A stretch of DNA of 64,000 bases from Mycobacteriales bacterium (GTDB lineage: Bacteria > Actinomycetota > Actinomycetes > Mycobacteriales > SCTD01): positions 1,447 through 65,446 of the forward strand of contig JBKJSN010000130.1 in the NCBI GenBank assembly GCA_046595815.1, given 5' to 3'. Positions within the stretch are counted from its first letter, which is position 1. The number at the start of each line of letters is the position of its first letter. The notes under the pieces were generated by a model. It was not told the origin of the DNA and did not search any database. It saw only the letters and a program-made list of their open reading frames with translations. This document shows, in pieces, positions 1 through 8,309 of this stretch. Made by a program: the position numbers and the translations under genes.

Positions 1-371
1 CCCGTCGCGACCGCACCCGCGTGACCGACGGCGTAGTTGTAGGTGGTGGACGGCGACAGGCCCTCGAGGCGCACCGAGTGGAAGACGCCGTTCGGGTAGC
101 CCGGGTAGGTCCTCGTGACGGCCGGCAGCCGCGTCCCGTCCAGCTCGACGAACGGGCTCTGCACCGCCGCCGGGGTCATCCAGGACACCTGCGCAGTCCG
201 GGCCGCATCGTCGCCGTACTGCAGGTGCAGGTGCTGGACAGGTGCGTTGGCGGCGTACGACGGCTGTTGCCAGAAGGCCGGTCCGGCGCCGATGGCAGCA
301 CCGAGTACGGCGGAGCGGCGCAGGAAGTCGCGCCTGCTGACGTAGGGACGGTCGGCGTGGGAGATGCCCAT
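1..371 (-). CDS. Tat-secreted metallophosphoesterase / purple-acid-phosphatase-like protein, N-terminal part only (gene runs off left edge)
   Basis: Reverse-strand ATG at 371-369. My own translation reads MGISHADRPYVSRRDFLRRSAVLGAAIGAGPAFW (twin-arginine signal), then VQHLHLQYGDDAARTAQVSWMT, which resembles a PAP N-terminal domain. Frame is GC3-rich. Absent from the ORF track because there is no stop inside the window. Confidence 0.6.
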   Translation of the reverse strand, partial: MGISHADRPYVSRRDFLRRSAVLGAAIGAGPAFWQQPSYAANAPVQHLHLQYGDDAARTAQVSWMTPAAVQSPFVELDGTRLPAVTRTYPGYPNGVFHSVRLEGLSPSTTYNYAVGHAGAVAT

Positions 372-399
372 GTCGGCGCAGCCTAGGGCGAAAAGGTGT

Positions 400-1131
400 C
401 TAGACGGTGATCTGCAGGGGGACGGCGGGGGCGTCCTCGGGCAGCGCCGCGATGGGTGGCGTCACGAACTTGTAGCCGACGTGGCGGACGGTGCCGATCA
501 GCTGCTCGTGCTCGGCGCCGAGCTTGGCGCGCAATCGGCGTACGTGCACATCGACGGTGCGGGTGCCGCCGTAGTAGTCGTAGCCCCACACCTCCTGGAG
601 CAGCTGGGCCCGGGTGAAGACTCGCCCCGGGTGCTGCGCGAGGTACTTCAGCAGCTCGAACTCCTTGAACGTCAGGTCGAGCACCCGACCGCGCAGGCGA
701 CAGGTGTAGGTGCCCTCGTCGATGGTGAGGTCGCCGGCGCGCACCACGCCCGGCTCGGCAGCGTCCGGGGACGCCACCGCGACACGGCCGGTCGCCAGCC
801 GCAGCCGGGCATCGACCTCGGCCGGTCCAGCGCTGTCGAGCAGCACGTCATCGACGCCCCACTCGGCGGTGAGAGCGACCAGCCCGCCCTCGGTGAGGAT
901 CGCGAAGACCGGAGCGGTGACGCCCGTCGTCTGCAACAGCCGGCACAGGGACCGGGCCTGGACGAGCTCGCGGCGGGCGTCGACGAGGATCGCGTCCGGG
1001 GGCGCAGCGTCTTGCAGCAGCGCTGCGATCTCCAGCGGAGCCACGTGAACGGCGTGCCCGAGAAGCCCCAGCGCGGGCAGCACCTCGCTGGACGGTGTCA
1101 TCGCGTTGGTGAGGAGCAGGAGCGTGGCCAT
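400..1131 (-). CDS. glnR: Orphan OmpR-family response regulator GlnR (global nitrogen regulator)
   Basis: The 243 aa from [24 protein letters not shown] to the end are near-collinear with remembered Streptomyces GlnR, including [58 protein letters not shown] confirmed at 1131-1129. The longer 506-aa track ORF is an upstream shadow extension. Confidence 0.85.
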   Translation of the reverse strand: MATLLLLTNAMTPSSEVLPALGLLGHAVHVAPLEIAALLQDAAPPDAILVDARRELVQARSLCRLLQTTGVTAPVFAILTEGGLVALTAEWGVDDVLLDSAGPAEVDARLRLATGRVAVASPDAAEPGVVRAGDLTIDEGTYTCRLRGRVLDLTFKEFELLKYLAQHPGRVFTRAQLLQEVWGYDYYGGTRTVDVHVRRLRAKLGAEHEQLIGTVRHVGYKFVTPPIAALPEDAPAVPLQITV

Positions 1132-1212
1132 GCGGGCGAACCTCCCGATCGTGGGAAGAGGCGCCGTTGCCTCGCGAACCTCAAGGGTACCGACTCGGGC
1201 ACACTCGTGGCT

Positions 1213-1470
1213 GTGCAACCCCTCACAACCGTCCGGTACTGGGCCGCCCTCAAGGAGGCGGCCGGCATCGCGGAGGAACAGGTCCAGGCCGGCACCCTCG
1301 CGCAGGCCCTGGCGACGGTGCGGTCGCGGCACGACACACGCTTCGGAGCCGTACTCGACCGCTGCAGCCTGCTCGTCGACGGCCAGCAGGTCGGCGTGCG
1401 CGACCACGCCTCGGTGATGCTGCCCGGCGGCGGCGAGGTCGACTGCCTGCCGCCCTTCGCGGGCGGCTGA
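1213..1470 (+). CDS. MoaD/ThiS-family beta-grasp sulfur-carrier-like protein
   Basis: About 85 aa in the C-terminal part of track ORF 364..1470. GTG starts possible at 1207 or 1213. Ends with the diagnostic ...[13 protein letters not shown] Gly-Gly tail. Divergent from glnR. Confidence 0.65.
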   Translation: MQPLTTVRYWAALKEAAGIAEEQVQAGTLAQALATVRSRHDTRFGAVLDRCSLLVDGQQVGVRDHASVMLPGGGEVDCLPPFAGG

Positions 1471-1497
1471 GCCCCCGTCTCTGACAGGATCGCTCCC

Positions 1498-2313
1498 GTG
1501 ACGATGCCCCCCGCCTCCGTGCGGCCGCACCTGCTGGTCCAAGCCTTCGCTGCGGCCGCCGTGTCGGCTGCCCTGATGGGCCTGGCCTACGCCGGACAGC
1601 TCCCCCTCACGCTGGGGGTCGCCGCGCTGCAACTGGTCCTGGTGCTCGGCTTCCTCGCCCTGGTCGAGGCCCCCGCCGCCCTCGGGCTGTTCACGATCGG
1701 TGTAGCGACGGCTGTCGCGGCGGACATCACGGTCCACGTCGACGATGGCGCAGCAGGTGGGCTGGCCGGCGTCACCGCGCTGGCTTTCATCGCCTCGCTC
1801 GGCCACCAGCTCGTCCGCCGGCACCGGAGCCGGGTCACCGAGTCCCTCGCGGATGCGCTGGTCGTGGTGGTCCTGGTGACCTCCGCCGCCGCCCTCCCTG
1901 CCGCACTGCAGCACCCCCAAGGGGAGGTCGCGATCAGGGTGGGGCTGCTCGCTGCCGGCGTCGCGCTGGTCGTGGGGCGCTTCGCGGACCTGCTGCTGCG
2001 GCGGCTATCGGTCGCCCCCGGCGCGACCCGTGGCTGGCCTGGGCTGGCGCTCGCCCTCACCTTGGGGGTGGCTCTCGCCGTACCCGAGGCTGGTGACCTG
2101 CTGACGCGACGCGAGGCGATGCTCATCGCCCTTGCTTGCGCCGCTACCGCTGCGGTTGCAGACCTTTTCGTCGACGTGGCTGCGCTGGAGGTGATGGGGT
2201 CGCCTGGCGAGGTACGGCGAAGCGGGGCCCTGCGCCCTGTGGTCGCGCTGTTGCCCTTCGCCCTCCTCGGGCCGGTCGTGCTCGCCTCGGTGCGCCTGCT
2301 CGAGCGGGCCTGA
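1498..2313 (+). CDS. Integral membrane protein, function unknown
   Basis: 271 aa with multiple Ala/Leu/Val-rich hydrophobic spans. GC3-rich frame. The stop is 1 nt before the next gene. Confidence 0.6.
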   Translation: MTMPPASVRPHLLVQAFAAAAVSAALMGLAYAGQLPLTLGVAALQLVLVLGFLALVEAPAALGLFTIGVATAVAADITVHVDDGAAGGLAGVTALAFIASLGHQLVRRHRSRVTESLADALVVVVLVTSAAALPAALQHPQGEVAIRVGLLAAGVALVVGRFADLLLRRLSVAPGATRGWPGLALALTLGVALAVPEAGDLLTRREAMLIALACAATAAVADLFVDVAALEVMGSPGEVRRSGALRPVVALLPFALLGPVVLASVRLLERA

Positions 2314-2314
2314 C

Positions 2315-3007
2315 GTGCGCCGCCTCATGGTGTCCCTCCTGGTGCTCGCGGCGCTGGCCGTCGCCGCCGACCTCGCGGCCGTGCGGGTTGCTCAGAGCAG
2401 GCTGGCCAGCCAGGCCCAGACCGGCGCCGACCTCACGGCCCGACCCACGGTGCGCATCCAGGGGTTCCCGTTCCTGGTCCAGGCCGTGCGTGGGCGCTAT
2501 GACCGGATCGAGATCGCCGCCACAGACCTCGACCGCGGTGGCGTGCGCGTCTCCCGCCTGCAGGCCACCCTGAGCGGGGTGAAAGTCCCCCTCGGCGACG
2601 CCCTGGGCGGCAAAGTACTCGTCATCCCGGTGGAGGACCTGGACGCGACGGCGGTGGTGACCTTCGCCGACCTCGCGCACCGCAGTGGCGTGGTGGGCCT
2701 GACGATCACGCCGGAGGGCGACGGCGTGCGGGTCACCGGACGGGTGAAGGTGCTCGGCCGGACGGTCCAGGCGAGCGCCCTGTCACGGGTGACGCTGCGG
2801 GGCGGGCGGATCGCCGTCACGGCCCGCTCGCTGCGGGTCCTCGGCCAGAGCAGCCCGGCTGTGCTGAACGCGCTGGCCGGGACCCTCGACCTGCTCGTAC
2901 CCATCGGCAAGCTGCCGTACGACCTCACCCTCACCGGGCTGGCCGTCACGGCGGACGGCGTGGAGCTGCGCGCCAAGGCGGGTCCGACGGTGCTCAGCAC
3001 GAACTGA
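2315..3007 (+). CDS. DUF2993 / LmeA-family membrane-anchored lipid-binding protein
   Basis: N-terminal TM segment, then the family-typical RIQGFPFLVQAVRGRYDRIEIAATDLDRGGVRVSRLQATLSGVKVPLGDALGG. Confidence 0.75.
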   Translation: MRRLMVSLLVLAALAVAADLAAVRVAQSRLASQAQTGADLTARPTVRIQGFPFLVQAVRGRYDRIEIAATDLDRGGVRVSRLQATLSGVKVPLGDALGGKVLVIPVEDLDATAVVTFADLAHRSGVVGLTITPEGDGVRVTGRVKVLGRTVQASALSRVTLRGGRIAVTARSLRVLGQSSPAVLNALAGTLDLLVPIGKLPYDLTLTGLAVTADGVELRAKAGPTVLSTN

Positions 3008-3170
3008 GGTCAGCCGTGGTGACTTCGCGCTGAGACGGGCTGCCGGATCGATCTTCGCCATCTTGATGCTGCTGAGCGCTGTTCAGCAGCACTTTGACGA
3101 AGATCGCCGGGAGGGGTGGGGGGCGGCGGGTACGGCGGTCGGCGGCGTGGGCATTCGCCCTCTCGCTAGC

Positions 3171-4100
3171 GTGAGCGCCGTGACCGCCCCCGTCGTGCTC
3201 AAGCACCTGTCCCCCGAGGACGTGGCCGACGTGCGCGGGCTGCTGGAGCAGGTGACGGCTGCGGACGGGTCGCCTCCGCTGTCCGAGCACGTGCTGCTCC
3301 ACCTGCCCGGGGGCGGCGACAGCGATGTGCGGCACCTGCTCGTCCGCGTCGGTGGCGCCCTCGTGGCCTACGCCCATCTCGACGTCACCGACCAGGTGGC
3401 CGGCCCCTCCGGCGAGCTCATGGTGCACCCGGCCCACCGCAACAAGGGCATCGGCCGGGCCCTGGCCGCCGAGCTCGTTGCGCAGTCCCCCGACGGACGC
3501 CTGCGGTTGTGGGCCCACGGCGAGCACCCTGGAGCTGCCGCGATGGCGGCCGCCGGAGGCTTCGCGCGCAGCCGCGTGCTGTGGCAGCTGCGCCGGCCCC
3601 TCACTACCCCGCTTCCTGCCGTGGAGCTGCCGGACGGGATCGGCCTGCGGACCTTCGTCGTCGGCCAGGACGAGCAGCAGTGGACAGAGGTGAACAACCG
3701 CGCCTTCTCCGAGCACCCCGACCAGGGCGGCTGGTCGGTGCAGGAGGTGCTGATCCGCGAGCGCGAGCCGTGGTTCGACCCGGCCGGTTTCTTCCTCGCC
3801 GTGCGCGGGGACCAGATCGTGGGCTTCCACTGGACGAAGGTCCACGGCGAGCACCACCACGGCGAGGAGCACCACGCCCACGAGCTGCTCGGAGAGGTGT
3901 ACGTCGTGGGGGTCGACCCCTCGGAGCAGGGGCGCGGCCTCGGCCCGGCGATGACCCTCGTCGGCCTGCATCACCTGCAATCCCAGGGACTTTCCTCAGT
4001 GATGCTCTACGTCGACGAGACCAACACGAACGCCGTACGCGTCTACGAGCGGCTGGGCTTCAGCCGGCACACCACGGACGTCTGCTTCTCACGCGGCTGA
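3171..4100 (+). CDS. mshD: Mycothiol synthase (tandem GNAT acetyltransferase)
   Basis: Two GNAT halves: MVHPAHRNKGIGRAL, then EVYVVGVDPSEQGRGLGPAMTLVGL...MLYVDETNTNAVRVYERLGF. GTG at 3171 or 3180 is a likelier start than track position 3063. Matches the glnR-mshD neighbourhood known in Mycobacterium. Confidence 0.85.
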   Translation: MSAVTAPVVLKHLSPEDVADVRGLLEQVTAADGSPPLSEHVLLHLPGGGDSDVRHLLVRVGGALVAYAHLDVTDQVAGPSGELMVHPAHRNKGIGRALAAELVAQSPDGRLRLWAHGEHPGAAAMAAAGGFARSRVLWQLRRPLTTPLPAVELPDGIGLRTFVVGQDEQQWTEVNNRAFSEHPDQGGWSVQEVLIREREPWFDPAGFFLAVRGDQIVGFHWTKVHGEHHHGEEHHAHELLGEVYVVGVDPSEQGRGLGPAMTLVGLHHLQSQGLSSVMLYVDETNTNAVRVYERLGFSRHTTDVCFSRG

Positions 4101-5363
4101 CTGCCGGCTCCACCGGGCCGCGACCACGAGCCCTGCCAGCGCCCCGACGGTCGCGATCGCGAAGCAGAACGACACGGCACCGTCGCCGCCCAGTCCCGTC
4201 CTGTCGCTCAGCGACGCCGCCAGGCCGAGGCCACCCCCGAATGCCCAGCCCAACTGGAGCGCGGTCTCCGAGCGCGCGAAAGCACTGCCCACCTGCTCCG
4301 GCGGAGTGCTCGACTGCAGGGCTGCGTCCAGGGCGTACTTGCCCAGCGAGGCCCCCAGCCCGATCGACCCGACGGCGAGTGCACGCAGTGCCGTCGTCCC
4401 GCCGATGGCGGCCGCGAGGCAGGCCAGGGTAGGCGCGATCAGCGCCAGCGAGGTGACGCGCGCGGTGCGCTCAGGGCTGAGTCGACTGGCGATCCCGGTG
4501 CCCACCAGGCCGCCGAGGAACGCCGCCCCCAGCACGACGCCGACCACGGCGGCGTGCACGTTGTGCGCTTTCAGCAGGATCGCCAAGCCCAGGGTCAGCA
4601 GCCCGCTCAGCGCCCGCAGGGACACCGTGGCGGCCAGCGCCCGACGTACCGGCCGGGGAGCGGTCCGCAGCGCGAACCGCTCGTTGGACACAGCGCTGGT
4701 ACGGCGATCGTCCACGTGGGAGGGCAGCCGCAGCGCCACGACGCCCCCGACCAGGAAGACGCAGGTGGCCAAGCGCAACACCCACGGGGTGCCGAGCGTG
4801 TTGGCGATCGCCACCCCGACCAGCGCCGCAAGGCCGGAGCTGGCGAGGGCGGCGATGTTCAGCCGCGCGTTGGAGGCGACCAGGCCCAGCGCGGGAGGAC
4901 GGACGCGGACGACGGCGGCCGACTTCGCGACGCCGTAGGCACGGGCGAGGACCAGCACCAGCAGGGCCTGGGGGTACAGCGCGAGCGAGCTCAAGGCCCC
5001 GGCCAAGGTCCAGGCCACCAGGCCTCGTCCACCGGTGGTGAGGGCCAGGACGTACCGGCGGCCGTGGGGGAAGCGGTCGAGCAGCGGCCCTGCCACCGGG
5101 ACCAGCAGCGAGAACGGCAGCAGCGTGAGCAGCAGGTAGAGCGCGATCTTCCCTCGCGCCTCCGAGGCCGAGACCTGGAAGAACGCGGTGCTCGCGAGGG
5201 ACACCGCGATCAGCGCGTCACCGGCCGCCGAGAGGGAGTGGGTCCAGACGAGGGAGGCGAGCCCGGACTTCCCGGCGCCGTCCGCCGCGGCCGCTGCGTG
5301 GAGCCGGGAGGCGACGCGGCGGTGCAGCCGCGCCTCCTGGTCGGTATCGGTCCGCTGACGCAC
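4089..5363 (-). CDS. MFS transporter
   Basis: 424 aa with about 12 hydrophobic spans. GTG start. The 3-prime end overlaps mshD by 12 bp, convergent. Confidence 0.75.
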   Translation of the reverse strand: MRQRTDTDQEARLHRRVASRLHAAAAADGAGKSGLASLVWTHSLSAAGDALIAVSLASTAFFQVSASEARGKIALYLLLTLLPFSLLVPVAGPLLDRFPHGRRYVLALTTGGRGLVAWTLAGALSSLALYPQALLVLVLARAYGVAKSAAVVRVRPPALGLVASNARLNIAALASSGLAALVGVAIANTLGTPWVLRLATCVFLVGGVVALRLPSHVDDRRTSAVSNERFALRTAPRPVRRALAATVSLRALSGLLTLGLAILLKAHNVHAAVVGVVLGAAFLGGLVGTGIASRLSPERTARVTSLALIAPTLACLAAAIGGTTALRALAVGSIGLGASLGKYALDAALQSSTPPEQVGSAFARSETALQLGWAFGGGLGLAASLSDRTGLGGDGAVSFCFAIATVGALAGLVVAARWSRQSAA

Positions 5364-5398
5364 GGCTCCATCTTCGGCCCTCGCGGTTGCCCACCTGA

Positions 5399-5427
5399 GT
5401 GAACGGCGCTAACTTAGCGCCGTTCAC
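5399..5427. promoter_or_regulatory. Perfect 29-bp palindrome (14-1-14), candidate TetR operator
   Basis: gtgaacggcgctaa-c-ttagcgccgttcac. I checked every one of the 14 pairs by hand. Lies between the divergent MFS (start 5363) and mmpL (start 5447). A TetR gene is coupled to the mmpL 3-prime end. Confidence 0.6.
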
Positions 5428-5446
5428 CAATGATGGAGGTCCTGTA

Positions 5447-7645
5447 GTGCTCGCTCGTCTCGCTCCCTTCCTCGTGGCGCGCCGGCGCCTGGTGCTGGTC
5501 GTCACTGCACTGTTCCTCGCACTCGCAGGCGGCATCGGCGGGGGCGTTGCGCAGGAGCTGTCGGCCGGCGGCTTCGCCGACCCCGACCAGGAGTCCGAGC
5601 GCGCCGCCGTGGCGCTGGACAAGCGATTCGGGACGGGACCGTCGAACTTCCTGCTCCTCGTCGAGACCCCCGAGGGCGCGGACCACTACGACGCCCAGGG
5701 CAAGGCCCTCACGGCCAAGCTGGCCGCCGTACCGGGGGTGGCCGACGTGGTGTCGTACTGGACGGCGGGCCACCCGGAGTCGATGGCCTCGCGCAGCAAG
5801 GGCTACGCCGTGGTGCTCGCCCGCCTCACCGGCGACCAGGACGCCTCGGTGAACAAGGCCAAGGAGCTGCGGTCCTTCGACGGCACCTTCCAAGGGATGA
5901 ACGTTCGCACCGGCGGTGCCTTCGCGGTCTACGCCGAGGTCGGCGACACCATCGAGCGGGACGTCGTGCGCGCGGAGATGATCGCCTTCCCCATCACCGC
6001 CGTGATCCTCATCCTCGTCTTCGGCTCCGCTGTCGCCGCCACGCTGCCGCTGCTCATCGGTGTCCTGTCGATCCTGGGCACCTTCTTGACCCTGCACCTG
6101 CTGCACGGCTTCACCGACGTGTCGGTCTACTCCATCAACCTCGCCACCTCGATGGGCCTGGGGCTGGGCATCGACTACTCGCTGTTCCTCGTCTCCCGCT
6201 TCCGGGAGGAGGTCGGCCTCGGCAGGTCGCGCACGGACGCCATCGCCCGGAGCCTCGCCACCGCCGGCCGCACGGTGCTGTTCTCCGCCATCACCGTCCT
6301 GCTCAGCCTGGGCTCGCTGCTCGTCTTCCCCTTGTTCTTCCTGCGATCTTTCGCGTACGCCGGGATGTCCGCCGTGTTCTTCGCCCTCATCGGCGCCCTC
6401 GTCGTGCTGCCCGCGATGCTGGCGGTGCTGGGGGACCGCGTGAACTCCCTGGACATGCGCCGCCCGCTGCGTTGGTTCCTCGGGCTCGGCTCCACCCCGC
6501 CCCGGGTGAAGTCCATCGACGAAGGCGCCTGGCACCGCATCGCGACGACCGTGATGAAGCGGCCGATCGGGGTGGGTACGGCGGTCGTGCTGCTCCTTGT
6601 GCTGCTCGGCCTGCCGTTCCGGGACGTGGTCTTCAGCCTCCCCGATGACCGAGTGCTGCCCAGGCACGCACAGCCGCAACAGGTGGCCCAGGTGCTCCGG
6701 GACCAGTTCCCCGGCCGCGAAGCCTTCGCCATGCCGGTCTTGCTCGAAGCACCGGACCGCGACGACTCCTACGCCGTGGCGCTGTCGCGCGTGAGCGGCG
6801 TGGGGCGCGTCGACGCCGCCGGTGGCCGCTTCATCCGGGGTCTGAAGGTCGCCCCTGGGCTCCCTGGCTTCCGGACAACCGAGGGGGAGCGGCTCTCCGT
6901 CGTACCTGCTGTGGAGTCCTACGGGCCAGAGGGGGAAGCCCTCGTGAAGCGGCTACGCGCCGTCCCGGCGCCGAACGAAGCGCTCTTCGGTGGTCAGGCG
7001 GCCGAACTCGCGGACACCAAGCAGGCCCTCGGGGCGATGCTGCCGGTGGCGCTCCTGATCCTCATGACCGCCACCTTCGTGCTGCTGTTCTTGTTCACGG
7101 GGTCGGTGGTCATCCCGCTGAAGGCGATCGTGATGAACATCTTGTCGCTGTCGGCGACCTTCGGGCTGATGGTGTGGGTGTTCCAGCAGGGCCACCTCGC
7201 CTCCTGGATCGGCGATCCGATCATCACCGGGACCCTCGACACGACCATGCCGATCCTGATGTTCTGCATCCTGTTCGGCCTGTCGATGGACTACGAGGTG
7301 TTCCTGCTCTCGCGCATCAAGGAAGAGTGGGACGCGCACGCCGACAACGAGCACGCAGTCGCGGTCGGCCTCGAACGGACGGGGTCGATCGTCACGGCGG
7401 CCGCGCTGCTGCTGTCGATGGTGTTCTTCGCCTTCGTCAGCAGCGACATCAGCTTCATCAAGCTGCTCGGGCTCGGCACAGGGCTGGCAGTGCTGGTCGA
7501 CGCCACCCTCATCCGGGGTGCGCTCGTGCCGGCCTTCATGCGCCTGATGGGCGAGTGGAACTGGTGGGCACCGCAACCGCTCAAGGCCCTGCATAAACGC
7601 TTCGGGCTCAGCGAGGCCGAGCCCCACGAGGCCGCACGTGGCTGA
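5447..7645 (+). CDS. MMPL-family (RND superfamily) membrane transporter
   Basis: Two 6-TM bundles separated by soluble domains, MMPL-like throughout. GTG at 5447 is preceded by ggagg 9 nt upstream. The track start at 5399 lies inside the palindrome and is unlikely. Confidence 0.85.
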   Translation: MLARLAPFLVARRRLVLVVTALFLALAGGIGGGVAQELSAGGFADPDQESERAAVALDKRFGTGPSNFLLLVETPEGADHYDAQGKALTAKLAAVPGVADVVSYWTAGHPESMASRSKGYAVVLARLTGDQDASVNKAKELRSFDGTFQGMNVRTGGAFAVYAEVGDTIERDVVRAEMIAFPITAVILILVFGSAVAATLPLLIGVLSILGTFLTLHLLHGFTDVSVYSINLATSMGLGLGIDYSLFLVSRFREEVGLGRSRTDAIARSLATAGRTVLFSAITVLLSLGSLLVFPLFFLRSFAYAGMSAVFFALIGALVVLPAMLAVLGDRVNSLDMRRPLRWFLGLGSTPPRVKSIDEGAWHRIATTVMKRPIGVGTAVVLLLVLLGLPFRDVVFSLPDDRVLPRHAQPQQVAQVLRDQFPGREAFAMPVLLEAPDRDDSYAVALSRVSGVGRVDAAGGRFIRGLKVAPGLPGFRTTEGERLSVVPAVESYGPEGEALVKRLRAVPAPNEALFGGQAAELADTKQALGAMLPVALLILMTATFVLLFLFTGSVVIPLKAIVMNILSLSATFGLMVWVFQQGHLASWIGDPIITGTLDTTMPILMFCILFGLSMDYEVFLLSRIKEEWDAHADNEHAVAVGLERTGSIVTAAALLLSMVFFAFVSSDISFIKLLGLGTGLAVLVDATLIRGALVPAFMRLMGEWNWWAPQPLKALHKRFGLSEAEPHEAARG

Positions 7646-8309
7646 GCCGAGGCGCCGGGCGCCGCGCGGTCAGGGAGCCGCGCTGCGAGGCGAGCTGCTG
7701 CGCGCGGCCATGGACCTGCTGCGCGAGACCGGTGATGAGGCCTCGGTCTCGCTGCGCGCCGTGGCTGACCGCGTCGGGGTGAGCGTCCCGTCGATCTACC
7801 TCCACTTCGAGGACAAGGCGGCCCTTCTCGACGCTGTCTGCGGCGAGGTCTTCGAGGCGCTCCATGTCGTGATGCGGCAGGCGACGGAGGGGGCACCCGA
7901 TGCCTTCCAGGCCCTGCGCAGGCAGGGAATCGCCTACGTGCGCTTCGCTTTGGACAACCCGGAGCACTACCGGATCGTCATGATGATGAGCAATGCCGGC
8001 CACGACCCCAACGAGGAGATCGTGACCGGAGCGTTCACGCACCTTTTGGACTCGGTCGTGGCCTGCAAGGAGCTCGGCGTGTTCGAAGGTGACCCGGTCG
8101 AGTTGGGGCTGCGACTGTGGGCCGGGGCGCACGGCATCGCCGCACTGCTCATCGCCAAGCCAGGCTTTCCGTGGCCTCCCGTCGGCGAGCTCGTCGAGCG
8201 CACCATCCATGCCATGGGCCTCGGGCTCGCCGCTGCTTCCCGCCTGCCCGATGCTGCTCCCGCCGCGGAGGTTGTGGCTCGGCTGGACCGGTTGCGTTCA
8301 CAGTCCTAG
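7638..8309 (+). CDS. TetR-family transcriptional regulator
   Basis: N-terminal HTH VSLRAVADRVGVSVPSIYLHFEDKAALL. The GTG start overlaps the mmpL stop by 8 nt. Confidence 0.85.
   Translation: MAEPRRRAPRGQGAALRGELLRAAMDLLRETGDEASVSLRAVADRVGVSVPSIYLHFEDKAALLDAVCGEVFEALHVVMRQATEGAPDAFQALRRQGIAYVRFALDNPEHYRIVMMMSNAGHDPNEEIVTGAFTHLLDSVVACKELGVFEGDPVELGLRLWAGAHGIAALLIAKPGFPWPPVGELVERTIHAMGLGLAAASRLPDAAPAAEVVARLDRLRSQS

Noticed and set aside
1132-1920. N-terminal 263-aa extension of the glnR ORF (track 400..1920)
   Set aside because: GlnR homologues start at MATLLLLTN. The extension is low complexity and overlaps the MoaD-like and membrane-protein genes on the other strand.
5399-5446. Upstream GTG start for mmpL given in the ORF track
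   Set aside because: These codons are the perfect palindrome itself. A GTG at 5447 with a ggagg RBS gives a normal MMPL N-terminus.
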